Of a DNA stretch of 64,000 nucleotides, positions 46,558-54,670 are shown piece by piece; position 1 is the stretch's first letter; each line of letters opens with the position of its first letter. The DNA is taken from positions 44,718 through 108,717 of the forward strand of contig JAXLSV010000007.1 of the NCBI GenBank assembly GCA_046330385.1, read 5' to 3'. This DNA comes from Gaiellales bacterium (lineage in GTDB: Bacteria > Actinomycetota > Thermoleophilia > Gaiellales > Gaiellaceae). Below the pieces are notes generated by a model, which searched no databases, was not told where the DNA came from, and saw nothing but the letters and a program-made list of their open reading frames with translations. The position numbers were made by a program, and so were the translations under genes.

Positions 46558-47777
46558 GGAACCTCCTCCGTGTCGTCGGGCAGCGGGACGTAGCCCGCTT
46601 CCTCCATACCGGCCGCACCGCCGAAGGCCCAGAGGATCACGAGGGGCTCGCTCTCGGAGGTGCCCGTGATCCGGTGCGGCGTCTTTCGCGGGATGAAGCA
46701 GATGTCGCCGGGGCCGACATCGAGGGCGTTGCGGCCCACGATCTGGGTGCCCCGGCCACTCACCACCATCACGACCTCCTCGGCGTTCGGGTGGTGGTGG
46801 TTCTCGTGCGTGGCTCCGAACGGATAGGTCGACTGCCCGAACGAGATGAGCGTCGCGCCGGTGTTGGGGCCGACGACCCAGCGCACGTCGAGATGCCCGA
46901 ACGGGCCCTCGGTCGGGTTGCGGGGCGTGGTGTCGCTGCGAAGCACCCGAGCGCCGCCTCCCGCCTCGGCGGCGCGGGCTGCGAGAGCGTCGACGAACGC
47001 CGACACCGCCCGGGCAGTCTCCGCGGGCGCCTCGAGCGGGATCGAGTGGCCGGCCTCGGGGAGCTCGACGAGCTCGGCTCCCGGGATCGCCTGCGCCATC
47101 GCCCGCCCGTGCTCCGGCAACGTCCGGTCGTCGCGACCACCGACGATCACCAGCGTCGGCACGGCGACCTCGGCCACCCGGGCCCCGAGCGGCTCGGCGG
47201 AGGCGATCGCGTGGCACTGGCGCACGTAGTCGACCGGGTCGTTGGCAAGGAGCAGGTCGCGGTACTCGTCGAGCATCGACGAGTCGCGTGCAAGCGACGA
47301 CTCGGCGAATGGCGGCGCCTTCGACCAGAACTCCTCGACCCACGCCTGCATCCCCATCGCCTCGATCCGCTCGGCGGAAAGGCTCATCCGGGGCCCGAGG
47401 TTGCCGAGATCGGCTTCGGCACCGATCAGCACCAGGCCGCCCACCGCCTCGGGGTGCTCGAGCGCGAGCTTGAGGGCGATGACGGCACCAAGGGAGTGCC
47501 CCACCACGATCGGCCGGACGAGCCCGAGCTTTCCGAAGAGCACCCGCAGATCCTCCGCCCAGCGCTCGAGCGAAAGGGGCTCCTGCACCTCCTCCCGCGA
47601 GGCGCCGGCGCTGCGGAGGTCGACCGCAACGAGGAGGTGGCTCCCGTCGAGCTCCGCCCGCATGCGGTTCCAGAGCGCTCCGCTGAGCCCGAGACCGTGC
47701 ACCAGGACGACTGGCGTCCCGCCCCCGCTGATCTCGACGTTGATCTCCGCCGACCCGACGACGACCTTCTCACCCAC
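46554..47777 (-). CDS. Alpha/beta hydrolase fused to a C-terminal cupin
   Basis: VHGLG, GHSLG (nucleophile), AGHS, then HENHHHPNAEE...TPHRI cupin motif in the same frame. Confidence 0.8.
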   Translation of the reverse strand: MGEKVVVGSAEINVEISGGGTPVVLVHGLGLSGALWNRMRAELDGSHLLVAVDLRSAGASREEVQEPLSLERWAEDLRVLFGKLGLVRPIVVGHSLGAVIALKLALEHPEAVGGLVLIGAEADLGNLGPRMSLSAERIEAMGMQAWVEEFWSKAPPFAESSLARDSSMLDEYRDLLLANDPVDYVRQCHAIASAEPLGARVAEVAVPTLVIVGGRDDRTLPEHGRAMAQAIPGAELVELPEAGHSIPLEAPAETARAVSAFVDALAARAAEAGGGARVLRSDTTPRNPTEGPFGHLDVRWVVGPNTGATLISFGQSTYPFGATHENHHHPNAEEVVMVVSGRGTQIVGRNALDVGPGDICFIPRKTPHRITGTSESEPLVILWAFGGAAGMEEAGYVPLPDDTEEVP

Positions 47778-47822
47778 CGCCGACCTCCTTTGGGAATGCC
47801 GCGAGCTGTCGAAAGCCGCAGG

Positions 47823-48833
47823 TCATCGCAGGCTCTTCACGGCCGCGACGATCGCCTCCGCGGATGGGGCGTACGCCTGCTCCAGAGTCGGGCTGAACGG
47901 CACCGGCGAATGCGGCGCCGTCAGGCGCAGAACCGGGCCGTCGAGATGGTCGAAGGCCTGCTCCTGCACGACGGCGGCGATCTCCGAGGCGACGCTGCAC
48001 TGCGGTGGGCTCTCGTCGACGACTACCAGCAGGCCGGTTTTTGCAACCGACTCGACGATCGTGCGGGTGTCGAGGGGCGAGAGCGTCCTCGGGTCGATCA
48101 CCTCGGCCTCGATTCCCGAGGAGGAGAGCGTTTCCGCCGCGGCGAGCGCGCGGTCGACCATCGCCGCGATCGCGACGATCGTGACGTCGCCCCCCTCGCG
48201 TCGCACGTCCGCGACCCCGAGGGGGATTCGGTAGGGCTCCTCGGGAACCGGCCCCTTGGCGACGTACAGCTTCAGGTGCTCGAAGAACAGCACCGGGCCG
48301 TCGTCGGCGATCGCCTCGAGCAGGAGCCCTTTTGCGTCGTGCGGCGTCGAGGGAACGACGACCTTCAGCCCCGGCAGGTGTGTGTAGATCGAGTAGAGCG
48401 TCCCGGAGTGCTGGGCGGCGGCGCTGAGCCCACTCCCCATCGCGATACGGATCGTGAGCGGCAGCCGCACCTGGCCGCCGAACATGTAGGACATCTTCGC
48501 GGCCTGGTTGTAGATCTGATCGAACGCGAGCCCGGTGAAGTCTGCCCACATCGCATCGACCACGGGCCGCAGCCCGGCGGCGGCGGCACCCACCCCCGCG
48601 CCCACGAACCCTGCCTCGGAGATCGGCGTGTCGCGGACGCGGTCGGGCCCGAAGAGCGGGAAGAGGCTCTTCGTCGCGCCGAACGACCCGCCCATCGAGT
48701 TCTCCTTGTCACCGCCGAGCCCGGCGCCCCCGACGACGTCCTCACCCATCACGATCACCGTCGGGTCAGCCTCCATCGCCTGCCGCATCGCCTCTCCGAC
48801 GGCGTGGACGTACGAGAGCGTGCGCGCGGCCAC
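47823..48833 (-). CDS. acoB: 2-oxoacid (acetoin-type) dehydrogenase E1 beta subunit
   Basis: MGEDV, DTPISEAG, AAQHS, EVIDPRTLSPLD. The symbol reflects the family only; substrate is not established. Confidence 0.85.
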   Translation of the reverse strand: MAARTLSYVHAVGEAMRQAMEADPTVIVMGEDVVGGAGLGGDKENSMGGSFGATKSLFPLFGPDRVRDTPISEAGFVGAGVGAAAAGLRPVVDAMWADFTGLAFDQIYNQAAKMSYMFGGQVRLPLTIRIAMGSGLSAAAQHSGTLYSIYTHLPGLKVVVPSTPHDAKGLLLEAIADDGPVLFFEHLKLYVAKGPVPEEPYRIPLGVADVRREGGDVTIVAIAAMVDRALAAAETLSSSGIEAEVIDPRTLSPLDTRTIVESVAKTGLLVVVDESPPQCSVASEIAAVVQEQAFDHLDGPVLRLTAPHSPVPFSPTLEQAYAPSAEAIVAAVKSLR

Positions 48834-49847
48834 TCAGGCCTCCCCGGTGACGAGCGGCTCGGGATAGGTGTATCGCGTGATCTCCGCGGGATCGGGGAAC
48901 GGACTTGCCTTCGCGTGCTCCACCGCCCGCCCGATCGCCGCCAGGATCTCGGCCTGGATCGCCTCGAGCTCGGCCGCGGCTGCGTCGCCGCCTTCGCTGG
49001 CGAGGCGGCTTCGAAGCGCCTCGAGCGCGTCGCGCGTGCGAGTCGAAGTGCGGTCGCCGTCGTCGCGGTACTGCTCGGGGTCGCCCTCGAAGTGCCCCAT
49101 GAAGCGGTAGGTCTTGACCTCGAGCAGCGTCGGCCCTTCGCCGGCCCGCGCCCGCGCGACCGCGGTGCGGGCCTTGTCGTACACATCGAGGACGTCGCTG
49201 CCGTCCGCGACGACACCGGGGATCCCGTACCCGGCCGCGCGCGACGCGATGTCGCGGACGCTCGTGGCGTACGCAACCGGCGTCGACTCGGCGAAGCCGT
49301 TGTTCTCGCAGACGAAGACAACCGGAAGCCGCCAGATCGCCGCCAGGTTGAGGCTCTCGTGGAGGACACCCTGGTTGGCGGCGCCGTCGCCGAAGAACGC
49401 TGCCGCGACGTGCCCGCTGCGCCGCACGCTCGCCGCGAGGGCGGCACCGGTGGCGAGCGCGATTCCGCCTCCGACGATCGCGTTCGCTCCGAGCATCCCG
49501 CGCGAGAAGTCCGCGATGTGCATCGACCCCCCGCGGCCGCGACAGAGCCCGCCCTCGCGACCATAGATCTCGGCCATCATCCCGTCGAGGTCGCAGCCCT
49601 TGGCGATGCAGTGCCCGTGCCCACGATGGGTGCTCGTGATGAAGTCGGCGTCGTCGAGGTGAGCGCACACGCCGGCGGCGACCGCTTCTTCCCCCACGTA
49701 CATGTGAACGAACCCAGGGATCTCTCCCGTCCGGAACTCGCGTGCGACACGCTCCTCGAAGAGCCGGATCGTGAGCATCGTGCGGTACAGGCCGAGCAGG
49801 GTCTCGGGCGAGACGACCACCTCTCGGCTCCCGTTGACGTCGGTCAT
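48834..49847 (-). CDS. acoA: 2-oxoacid (acetoin-type) dehydrogenase E1 alpha subunit
   Basis: PGFVHMYVGEEA, STHRGHGH, GDGAANQG...ENN TPP motif, TYRFMGHFEGD; ATG 49847. Confidence 0.85.
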   Translation of the reverse strand: MTDVNGSREVVVSPETLLGLYRTMLTIRLFEERVAREFRTGEIPGFVHMYVGEEAVAAGVCAHLDDADFITSTHRGHGHCIAKGCDLDGMMAEIYGREGGLCRGRGGSMHIADFSRGMLGANAIVGGGIALATGAALAASVRRSGHVAAAFFGDGAANQGVLHESLNLAAIWRLPVVFVCENNGFAESTPVAYATSVRDIASRAAGYGIPGVVADGSDVLDVYDKARTAVARARAGEGPTLLEVKTYRFMGHFEGDPEQYRDDGDRTSTRTRDALEALRSRLASEGGDAAAAELEAIQAEILAAIGRAVEHAKASPFPDPAEITRYTYPEPLVTGEA

Positions 49848-51085
49848 GCGCGATCCGCCAGCCCGGCGATCCGCCGCTCGAGCGTCGTGAGAAACGCGGC
49901 AGCGGGGCCTCCGTCGATTGCCCGGTGATCGAACGTCAGGCACGCCTGGAGCGTCGGGCGAATCGCGATCCCGTCGCCGACGACGACGGGGCGCTGCCGG
50001 ATCCTGCCAATCCAGAGGATCGCGACCTGCGGTGGATTCAGGATCGCGGTCGTGATGTCGACGTTGTGGATCCCGCCGTTCGAGAGGGTGAACGTCCCGC
50101 CCTTGACGTCCTCGAGGGTCAGCGTCCCGGCCCGCCCGCGTTCCGCGACGTCGGCGACCCGCGCGTGGATCTCCGTGAGCGACAGCGTGTCGGCGCGATG
50201 AACGACCGGGACGAGCAGCCCGTCGGGGGTGTCGACGGCGACACCGATGTTGAGGTCAGCGAGAACCTCGATCTCGTCGCCCGCGACACGTGCGTTCAGC
50301 AGCGGGTGCTCGCGCAGTGCGCCGGCGATGAGCTCGACGACGATTGCCGTGACCCCCACGCGCTGCGGCTCGGCGGCGGCGGCAAGGCGCTCACGGAGAT
50401 CGACGATCGGCTTCGTGTCGATTTCGAGCACCGACGTCAGCTGCGCAGCCGTCTGCAGGCTCGAGACCATCCGCTGCGCGATCGTGCGCCGCCGCCCGCG
50501 CAGCGGGATGCGCTCGGCGATCTCGGGCTCGCCTGGCGTGGTCGCGGGCACGGGCGGCGCGGCGGCCGGCCGAGCGGCAGGCGTCGCCGCGATGACGTCG
50601 CGCTCGAGGATGCGCCCGCCCGGGCCCGAGCCCTCGATCTGCGAGACGACCTCGGGTGGAAGCCCGAGCCTGCGGAGCGCGCTTCGCGCCCGCGGCGACA
50701 CGGGCGGCCCGGCGCGACGGCCCGAGACGCTCAGACCGACCGCAGCGGACAAGGGTGAGGTTGGCATCACGGCCGGCTCGTCGCCGTCCTGGACTTCCTC
50801 TGAGCTGCCACCGGCATCGCTCGACGCAAGCGCCTCGTACTCCTCGCGGGTGGTTGCGATCTTCCCCACAACCGCTCCGATCGGAACCGACGCACCCTCC
50901 GTGACGAGCTGGTGTAGCCAGCCGGAGCTCTCGGCCTCGACCTCGGCGGTGGTCTTGTCGGTCTCCATCTCGAGGACGACCGTGCCCTCCGCCACCTCAG
51001 CGCCTTCGGGGGCGCACCACGTGCTCAGCACGACGTCTTCCGTGTAGACGCCGAGCTTGGGCATGATCACGTTTTCAACCGGCAT
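49844..51085 (-). CDS. Dihydrolipoamide acyltransferase (E2)
   Basis: Lipoyl motif ETDKT, E3-binding GSGPGGRI, catalytic DHRAIDG. Confidence 0.9.
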   Translation of the reverse strand: MPVENVIMPKLGVYTEDVVLSTWCAPEGAEVAEGTVVLEMETDKTTAEVEAESSGWLHQLVTEGASVPIGAVVGKIATTREEYEALASSDAGGSSEEVQDGDEPAVMPTSPLSAAVGLSVSGRRAGPPVSPRARSALRRLGLPPEVVSQIEGSGPGGRILERDVIAATPAARPAAAPPVPATTPGEPEIAERIPLRGRRRTIAQRMVSSLQTAAQLTSVLEIDTKPIVDLRERLAAAAEPQRVGVTAIVVELIAGALREHPLLNARVAGDEIEVLADLNIGVAVDTPDGLLVPVVHRADTLSLTEIHARVADVAERGRAGTLTLEDVKGGTFTLSNGGIHNVDITTAILNPPQVAILWIGRIRQRPVVVGDGIAIRPTLQACLTFDHRAIDGGPAAAFLTTLERRIAGLADRA

Positions 51086-51105
51086 GGGCTGGATTCGCAG
51101 AACGG

Positions 51106-51138
51106 CTATAATCTATAGCGAGCGTTCCGCTCCGTCCA
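51106..51138 (-). promoter_or_regulatory. Promoter TGGACG-N17-TAGATT with palindrome CTATAATCTATAG
   Basis: Palindrome at 51106-51118, 20 bp upstream of the E2 start. Confidence 0.6.
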
Positions 51139-51161
51139 GGCCTCAACCGATCCGCCAGGAA

Positions 51162-52130
51162 TCACGGCACGAGGACGAGCTTCGCCGAGCCACCCTGACG
51201 CTGTCGCTCCCACGCGCCGGCAACGTCGGCGAGCGGTACCTGCTCGACGTCGAGGCGAATCCGACCCGCGGCGGCATGCCCGACGACTGCCGTGTAGCCC
51301 TCGGCGACTGCCGCCTGGGGAACCGCGAAGTTCGAGTACCCGATGATCTGAAGCTGCTTGCCCCGCACGAGGCCCGAGAGCATCGTTGCCGCCGGCCCGG
51401 CCGACTGTCCGAGATGAACGATCTTCGCTCCTGGCGCCGCGACCCCGAGCGCGGCCTCGAGCGGCGCGCCCCAGAGAGCGTCGACGACGATCGCCGGTGG
51501 CGGCGTTCCGTCGAACGCGGCGACGAGCCCGTCGCGGAGCTCGTCACCCAGGGGAACCACAGCGTCGGCGCCCAGCCCCTGCAGCCTTTCGAGTCGCCCC
51601 GGGTCACGGCCGACACCGACGACCCGCCCGGCGCCGAGCAGCTTCGCCGCCTGCACCGCGACCGTGCCGACGGCTCCGGTCGCCCCGAGCACGAGCACCG
51701 AGTCTCCGGGATTGACGGGAGCAGCCCACGCGAGCGGCATCCAGCCGGCGACGCCGGCGACGCCGAACGCTGCGGCGAGCGCGTCGTCTGCAGCTTCGGG
51801 AACCTCGACGAGCGCATCGTCGGCGGCGGCGAACCGGTCGGCGAACGTCCCGTCCGTCGCGATCCCGAGCCCGCGGCCCGACGCCCACACGCGCGTGCCC
51901 GCAGCGAAGCGCCCGGACGAGACGACGATGCCGACGCCCTCGATCCCGGGCACGTACGGCAGCGACGGGCTGCCCGCCGGGAACGACCCCGACGCGACAG
52001 CGAGGTCGGCCGGGTTGAGCGCGGCCGCGGAAAGCTCGACAACCGCGCGGCCATCCGCCGGCTCCGGTGGCTGTCGCTCATCGAGGCGAGGAGCCTCCTG
52101 ATAGGCGGTGATAACGGCGGCGCGCATCAT
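51162..52130 (-). CDS. MDR-family NAD(P)H:quinone oxidoreductase-like protein
   Basis: ALNPAD, PGIEGVG, LGATGAVG; no catalytic Zn Cys/His seen. Confidence 0.8.
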   Translation of the reverse strand: MMRAAVITAYQEAPRLDERQPPEPADGRAVVELSAAALNPADLAVASGSFPAGSPSLPYVPGIEGVGIVVSSGRFAAGTRVWASGRGLGIATDGTFADRFAAADDALVEVPEAADDALAAAFGVAGVAGWMPLAWAAPVNPGDSVLVLGATGAVGTVAVQAAKLLGAGRVVGVGRDPGRLERLQGLGADAVVPLGDELRDGLVAAFDGTPPPAIVVDALWGAPLEAALGVAAPGAKIVHLGQSAGPAATMLSGLVRGKQLQIIGYSNFAVPQAAVAEGYTAVVGHAAAGRIRLDVEQVPLADVAGAWERQRQGGSAKLVLVP

Positions 52131-52822
52131 CCCTCCTCTTCCGCGTTGGCCGGATCGCCGACGAATGCCTCACGGACGGCATTCTCGGTTCGGTCGAGGT
52201 GACGCTCGAGGACGGCGGCGGCCCGAGGCCCGTCCCGCTCGACGCAGCACTCGAACAGCTCGTGGTGGTCGCGCATCGCCTCTTCGACGGTCCGCGAGAC
52301 GAAGAGCCTGACGTAACGCTGCGAGGCAACCCACAGCAGCTCGAGAACCCGCTGGATCCAGGCGGAGGCGCCAGGCTCGACCAACGCCCAGTGGAACGCC
52401 GCGTGTAGGTCCCAGAACGCCGGCGAGTCGTGGTTGTCCGACGCGCCGTCGAGTCGGGCGAGCGCGTCACGAACCTGCTCGATCTGCTCGTCGGTCATCG
52501 ACGCCACCGACCGCTCGATCACCGAGCACTCGATGATGCGCCGCAGGTCGTACACGCCGGCGAGATCCTCGAGGTCGACGCCGGCGGCGACGGCCGCGCG
52601 CTGGGGCTGGGCGATGATGAGACCCTCGGTCTCGAGCCGCCTGACCGCCTCCCGGATCGGGATGTGGCTGACCCCGAAGGACTTCTCGAGCGCGGCGACC
52701 TTGATCAGGTCACCAGGCTTGATCTCGCCGCCGAGCAATGCGTTGCGCAAGCGCTCTGTCACCGTGTCGACGACGCTCACCCGCTGGATGACCCCGTCCG
52801 AGATGCCCGATGGTTCGCTCAC
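52127..52822 (-). CDS. GntR-family regulator (FCD)
   Basis: LEKSFGVSHIPIREA HTH, HAAFHWAL, DHHELF...ERHL; start 52822 or 52867. Confidence 0.85.
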   Translation of the reverse strand: MSEPSGISDGVIQRVSVVDTVTERLRNALLGGEIKPGDLIKVAALEKSFGVSHIPIREAVRRLETEGLIIAQPQRAAVAAGVDLEDLAGVYDLRRIIECSVIERSVASMTDEQIEQVRDALARLDGASDNHDSPAFWDLHAAFHWALVEPGASAWIQRVLELLWVASQRYVRLFVSRTVEEAMRDHHELFECCVERDGPRAAAVLERHLDRTENAVREAFVGDPANAEEEG

Positions 52823-52896
52823 GACGCGATAGAGAGTATCGAGTATAGGGTCGACAGAGTCGACCACCTACACGCCGGTGGGAACGTCGCACACGG

Positions 52897-52922
52897 GGAG
52901 CCCCACGAGATCGTGGGGCTCC
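52897..52922 (-). terminator. Hairpin downstream of the glnT-like gene
   Basis: GGAGCCCCACGA-GA-TCGTGGGGCTCC perfect inverted repeat. Confidence 0.6.
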
Positions 52923-52991
52923 GCGCGCGTCGTCACGACTGGAAGAGACGTCCGCTAGACCCTATGGGTCTCGGCGGCTTCGATCTGGCTA

Positions 52992-54344
52992 CTAGAAGCG
53001 GGTCAGGTACTCCCTGATCTCCCACGGGGTGACCTGCTCGTGGTAGCGGAACCACTCCTGCTGCTTCACCCCGACGTAGTAGTCGACGTAGTCCTCGTCG
53101 CGGCCGCGGCCGAGGGCCTTGCGGAGCACCTCGTCCTGCTCGAGCTCGCGCGTCGCGTCGAGGAGGTTCGACGGCAGCGTCGTCAGCCCTCGCGCGGTCA
53201 GCTCCGCGTAGCTCTTCGTGTACAGGTTCTCGCCGTTCGGCTCGCCGGCGTCGAGACCACGCTCGATCCCGTCGAGACCGGAGGCGAGCACCACCGCCGC
53301 CGCCAGGTAGGGGTTGCACGAGCCGTCGATCGTCCGGTCCTCGATCCGACCCGGATTGATGCGGAGCATCTGGGTGCGGTTGTTGTAGCCGTACGAGATC
53401 CACACCGGCGACCAGGTCGCGCCACTCGTCGTCGAGCCGAGCTTGAGCCGCTTGTAGGAGTTGACGGTCGGGGCCGTCACCGCGCTGTAGGCACGTGCGT
53501 GCGCCTTGAGCCCACCGATGAAGTTGTAGGCGAGCGAGGAGAGGCCGAGCCCGCGCGGGTCGGCGTCGTCGGCGAAGAGGTTCGCGCCGTCGCGCCATAG
53601 CGACATGTGGAAGTGACCGCCGTTGCCGGTGAGGCTCGTGAACGGCTTCGGCATGAACGTCGCGACCATCCCGTGCCGCTCGGCGAGCGTGTGCACCATG
53701 TAGCGGAAGAAGATCGCGCGGTCGGCGGTCGTGAGCGCGTCGGCAAACTCGAAGTTCTGCTCGAACTGGCCGTTCGCGTCCTCGTGGTCGTTCGCGTAGT
53801 TGCCCCACCCGAGCTCGTTGCAGTACTTCGAGACAGTGGTGAGGAAGTCGTACTGCCGCGTGAGCCCGGCGATGTCGTAGCAGGGCTTCTCGAGCGTGTC
53901 CTGCTTGTCGGCGAGCTCGATCGAGCCGTCCTCGTTCTGGTGGACGAGGAAGTACTCGAGCTCCATCCCGAGCTTGAACTCGTACCCCTTCTCCTTCGCC
54001 GAGGTGAGCACGTTGCGGAGGATCGTGCGCGGGCAGTACGGCCACGGCTCGCCCTCGACCGTGATGTCGCACGCGAACCGCGCGAGGTTCGACTGCCACG
54101 GGACTGGAGTGAAGCTCGCGAGGTCGGGGATCGCGGCGATGTCGGGGTCGGCCGGGACCTGACCGATCTCGCCCGCGGCAAACCCGGCGAACCCGGCGCC
54201 GTCGCTGACGAGGTCGTCGAGGTTCTGGGCGGGGATCAGCTTTGCGCTCGGTCGCGCGTACATGTCGACGAACTGCGCGAAGAAGAACTCGATCCCTTTG
54301 CTCTCGACCTCCTTGCGAATCCCGTCGAGCGTGCCGTCAGCCAT
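52992..54344 (-). CDS. glnT: Type III glutamate--ammonia ligase (GlnT/GmaS-like gamma-glutamyl-amine synthetase)
   Basis: GAGFAGFA, MELEY, DHEDANGQFE, FMPKP...GNGGH.H, NNRTQMLR, IEDRTIDGSCNPYL; GAGGAGG RBS precedes ATG 54344. Confidence 0.8.
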   Translation of the reverse strand: MADGTLDGIRKEVESKGIEFFFAQFVDMYARPSAKLIPAQNLDDLVSDGAGFAGFAAGEIGQVPADPDIAAIPDLASFTPVPWQSNLARFACDITVEGEPWPYCPRTILRNVLTSAKEKGYEFKLGMELEYFLVHQNEDGSIELADKQDTLEKPCYDIAGLTRQYDFLTTVSKYCNELGWGNYANDHEDANGQFEQNFEFADALTTADRAIFFRYMVHTLAERHGMVATFMPKPFTSLTGNGGHFHMSLWRDGANLFADDADPRGLGLSSLAYNFIGGLKAHARAYSAVTAPTVNSYKRLKLGSTTSGATWSPVWISYGYNNRTQMLRINPGRIEDRTIDGSCNPYLAAAVVLASGLDGIERGLDAGEPNGENLYTKSYAELTARGLTTLPSNLLDATRELEQDEVLRKALGRGRDEDYVDYYVGVKQQEWFRYHEQVTPWEIREYLTRF

Positions 54345-54404
54345 CCCGTCTCCTCCTCGTGTCGCGGTGCGCCCTTCTATCACGATCCGGCCGGGCGACG
54401 CTAC

Positions 54405-54419
54405 GTGGAGGTGCTCCAC
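54405..54419. promoter_or_regulatory. Inverted repeat GTGGAG-N3-CTCCAC, candidate site for the adjacent PucR-type regulator
   Basis: Perfect 6-bp arms about 60 bp upstream of the glnT start. Confidence 0.4.
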
Positions 54420-54470
54420 ACCCGGGCCGCGCGATGTGGCGAACCGCACCGCGCGCGGCGGTCGGGCCGC

Positions 54471-54637
54471 GGGTCAGGCTTGAGCCTGACCCGCGCGCTC
54501 GACCTTCTGCCCCCCGCGCCGGGAGCGAACGCACGACCACCGCAAGCGCACGGGTCTGGCTCAAGCCAGACCCGAACCCACACCCCGACGCACCACCACC
54601 CCCCGGGTCAGGCTTGAGCCTGACCCGCGCGCTCGAC
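54471..54637. repeat. Three 22-bp palindromic REP-like units in alternating orientation
   Basis: GGGTCAGGCTTGAGCCTGACCC at 54471-54492 and 54605-54626 (33-nt identity including tail); inverted variant GGGTCTGGCTCAAGCCAGACCC at 54552-54573. Confidence 0.8.
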
Positions 54638-54670
54638 GTTCGCGCCACTCGACTTCGAACGCTCCGCAGG

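Noticed and set aside
51086-51161. Sigma54 (-24/-12) promoter for the acoABC-like operon
   Set aside because: No TGGCAC-N5-TTGC match; a sigma70-type arrangement fits better.
13504-52822. Catabolic region as a mobile genomic island
   Set aside because: No integrase, transposase, tRNA, flanking direct repeat or visible compositional shift; it appears native in base composition.
54345-54470. Guanidine-I, glutamine or other riboswitch upstream of the glnT-like gene
   Set aside because: No conserved aptamer motifs recognised by eye; an Rfam/Infernal scan would be needed to exclude one fully.
54471-54637. Possible mini-CRISPR array
   Set aside because: Units alternate in orientation, spacers are about 59 and 31 bp and low-complexity, and no cas genes or leader are present.
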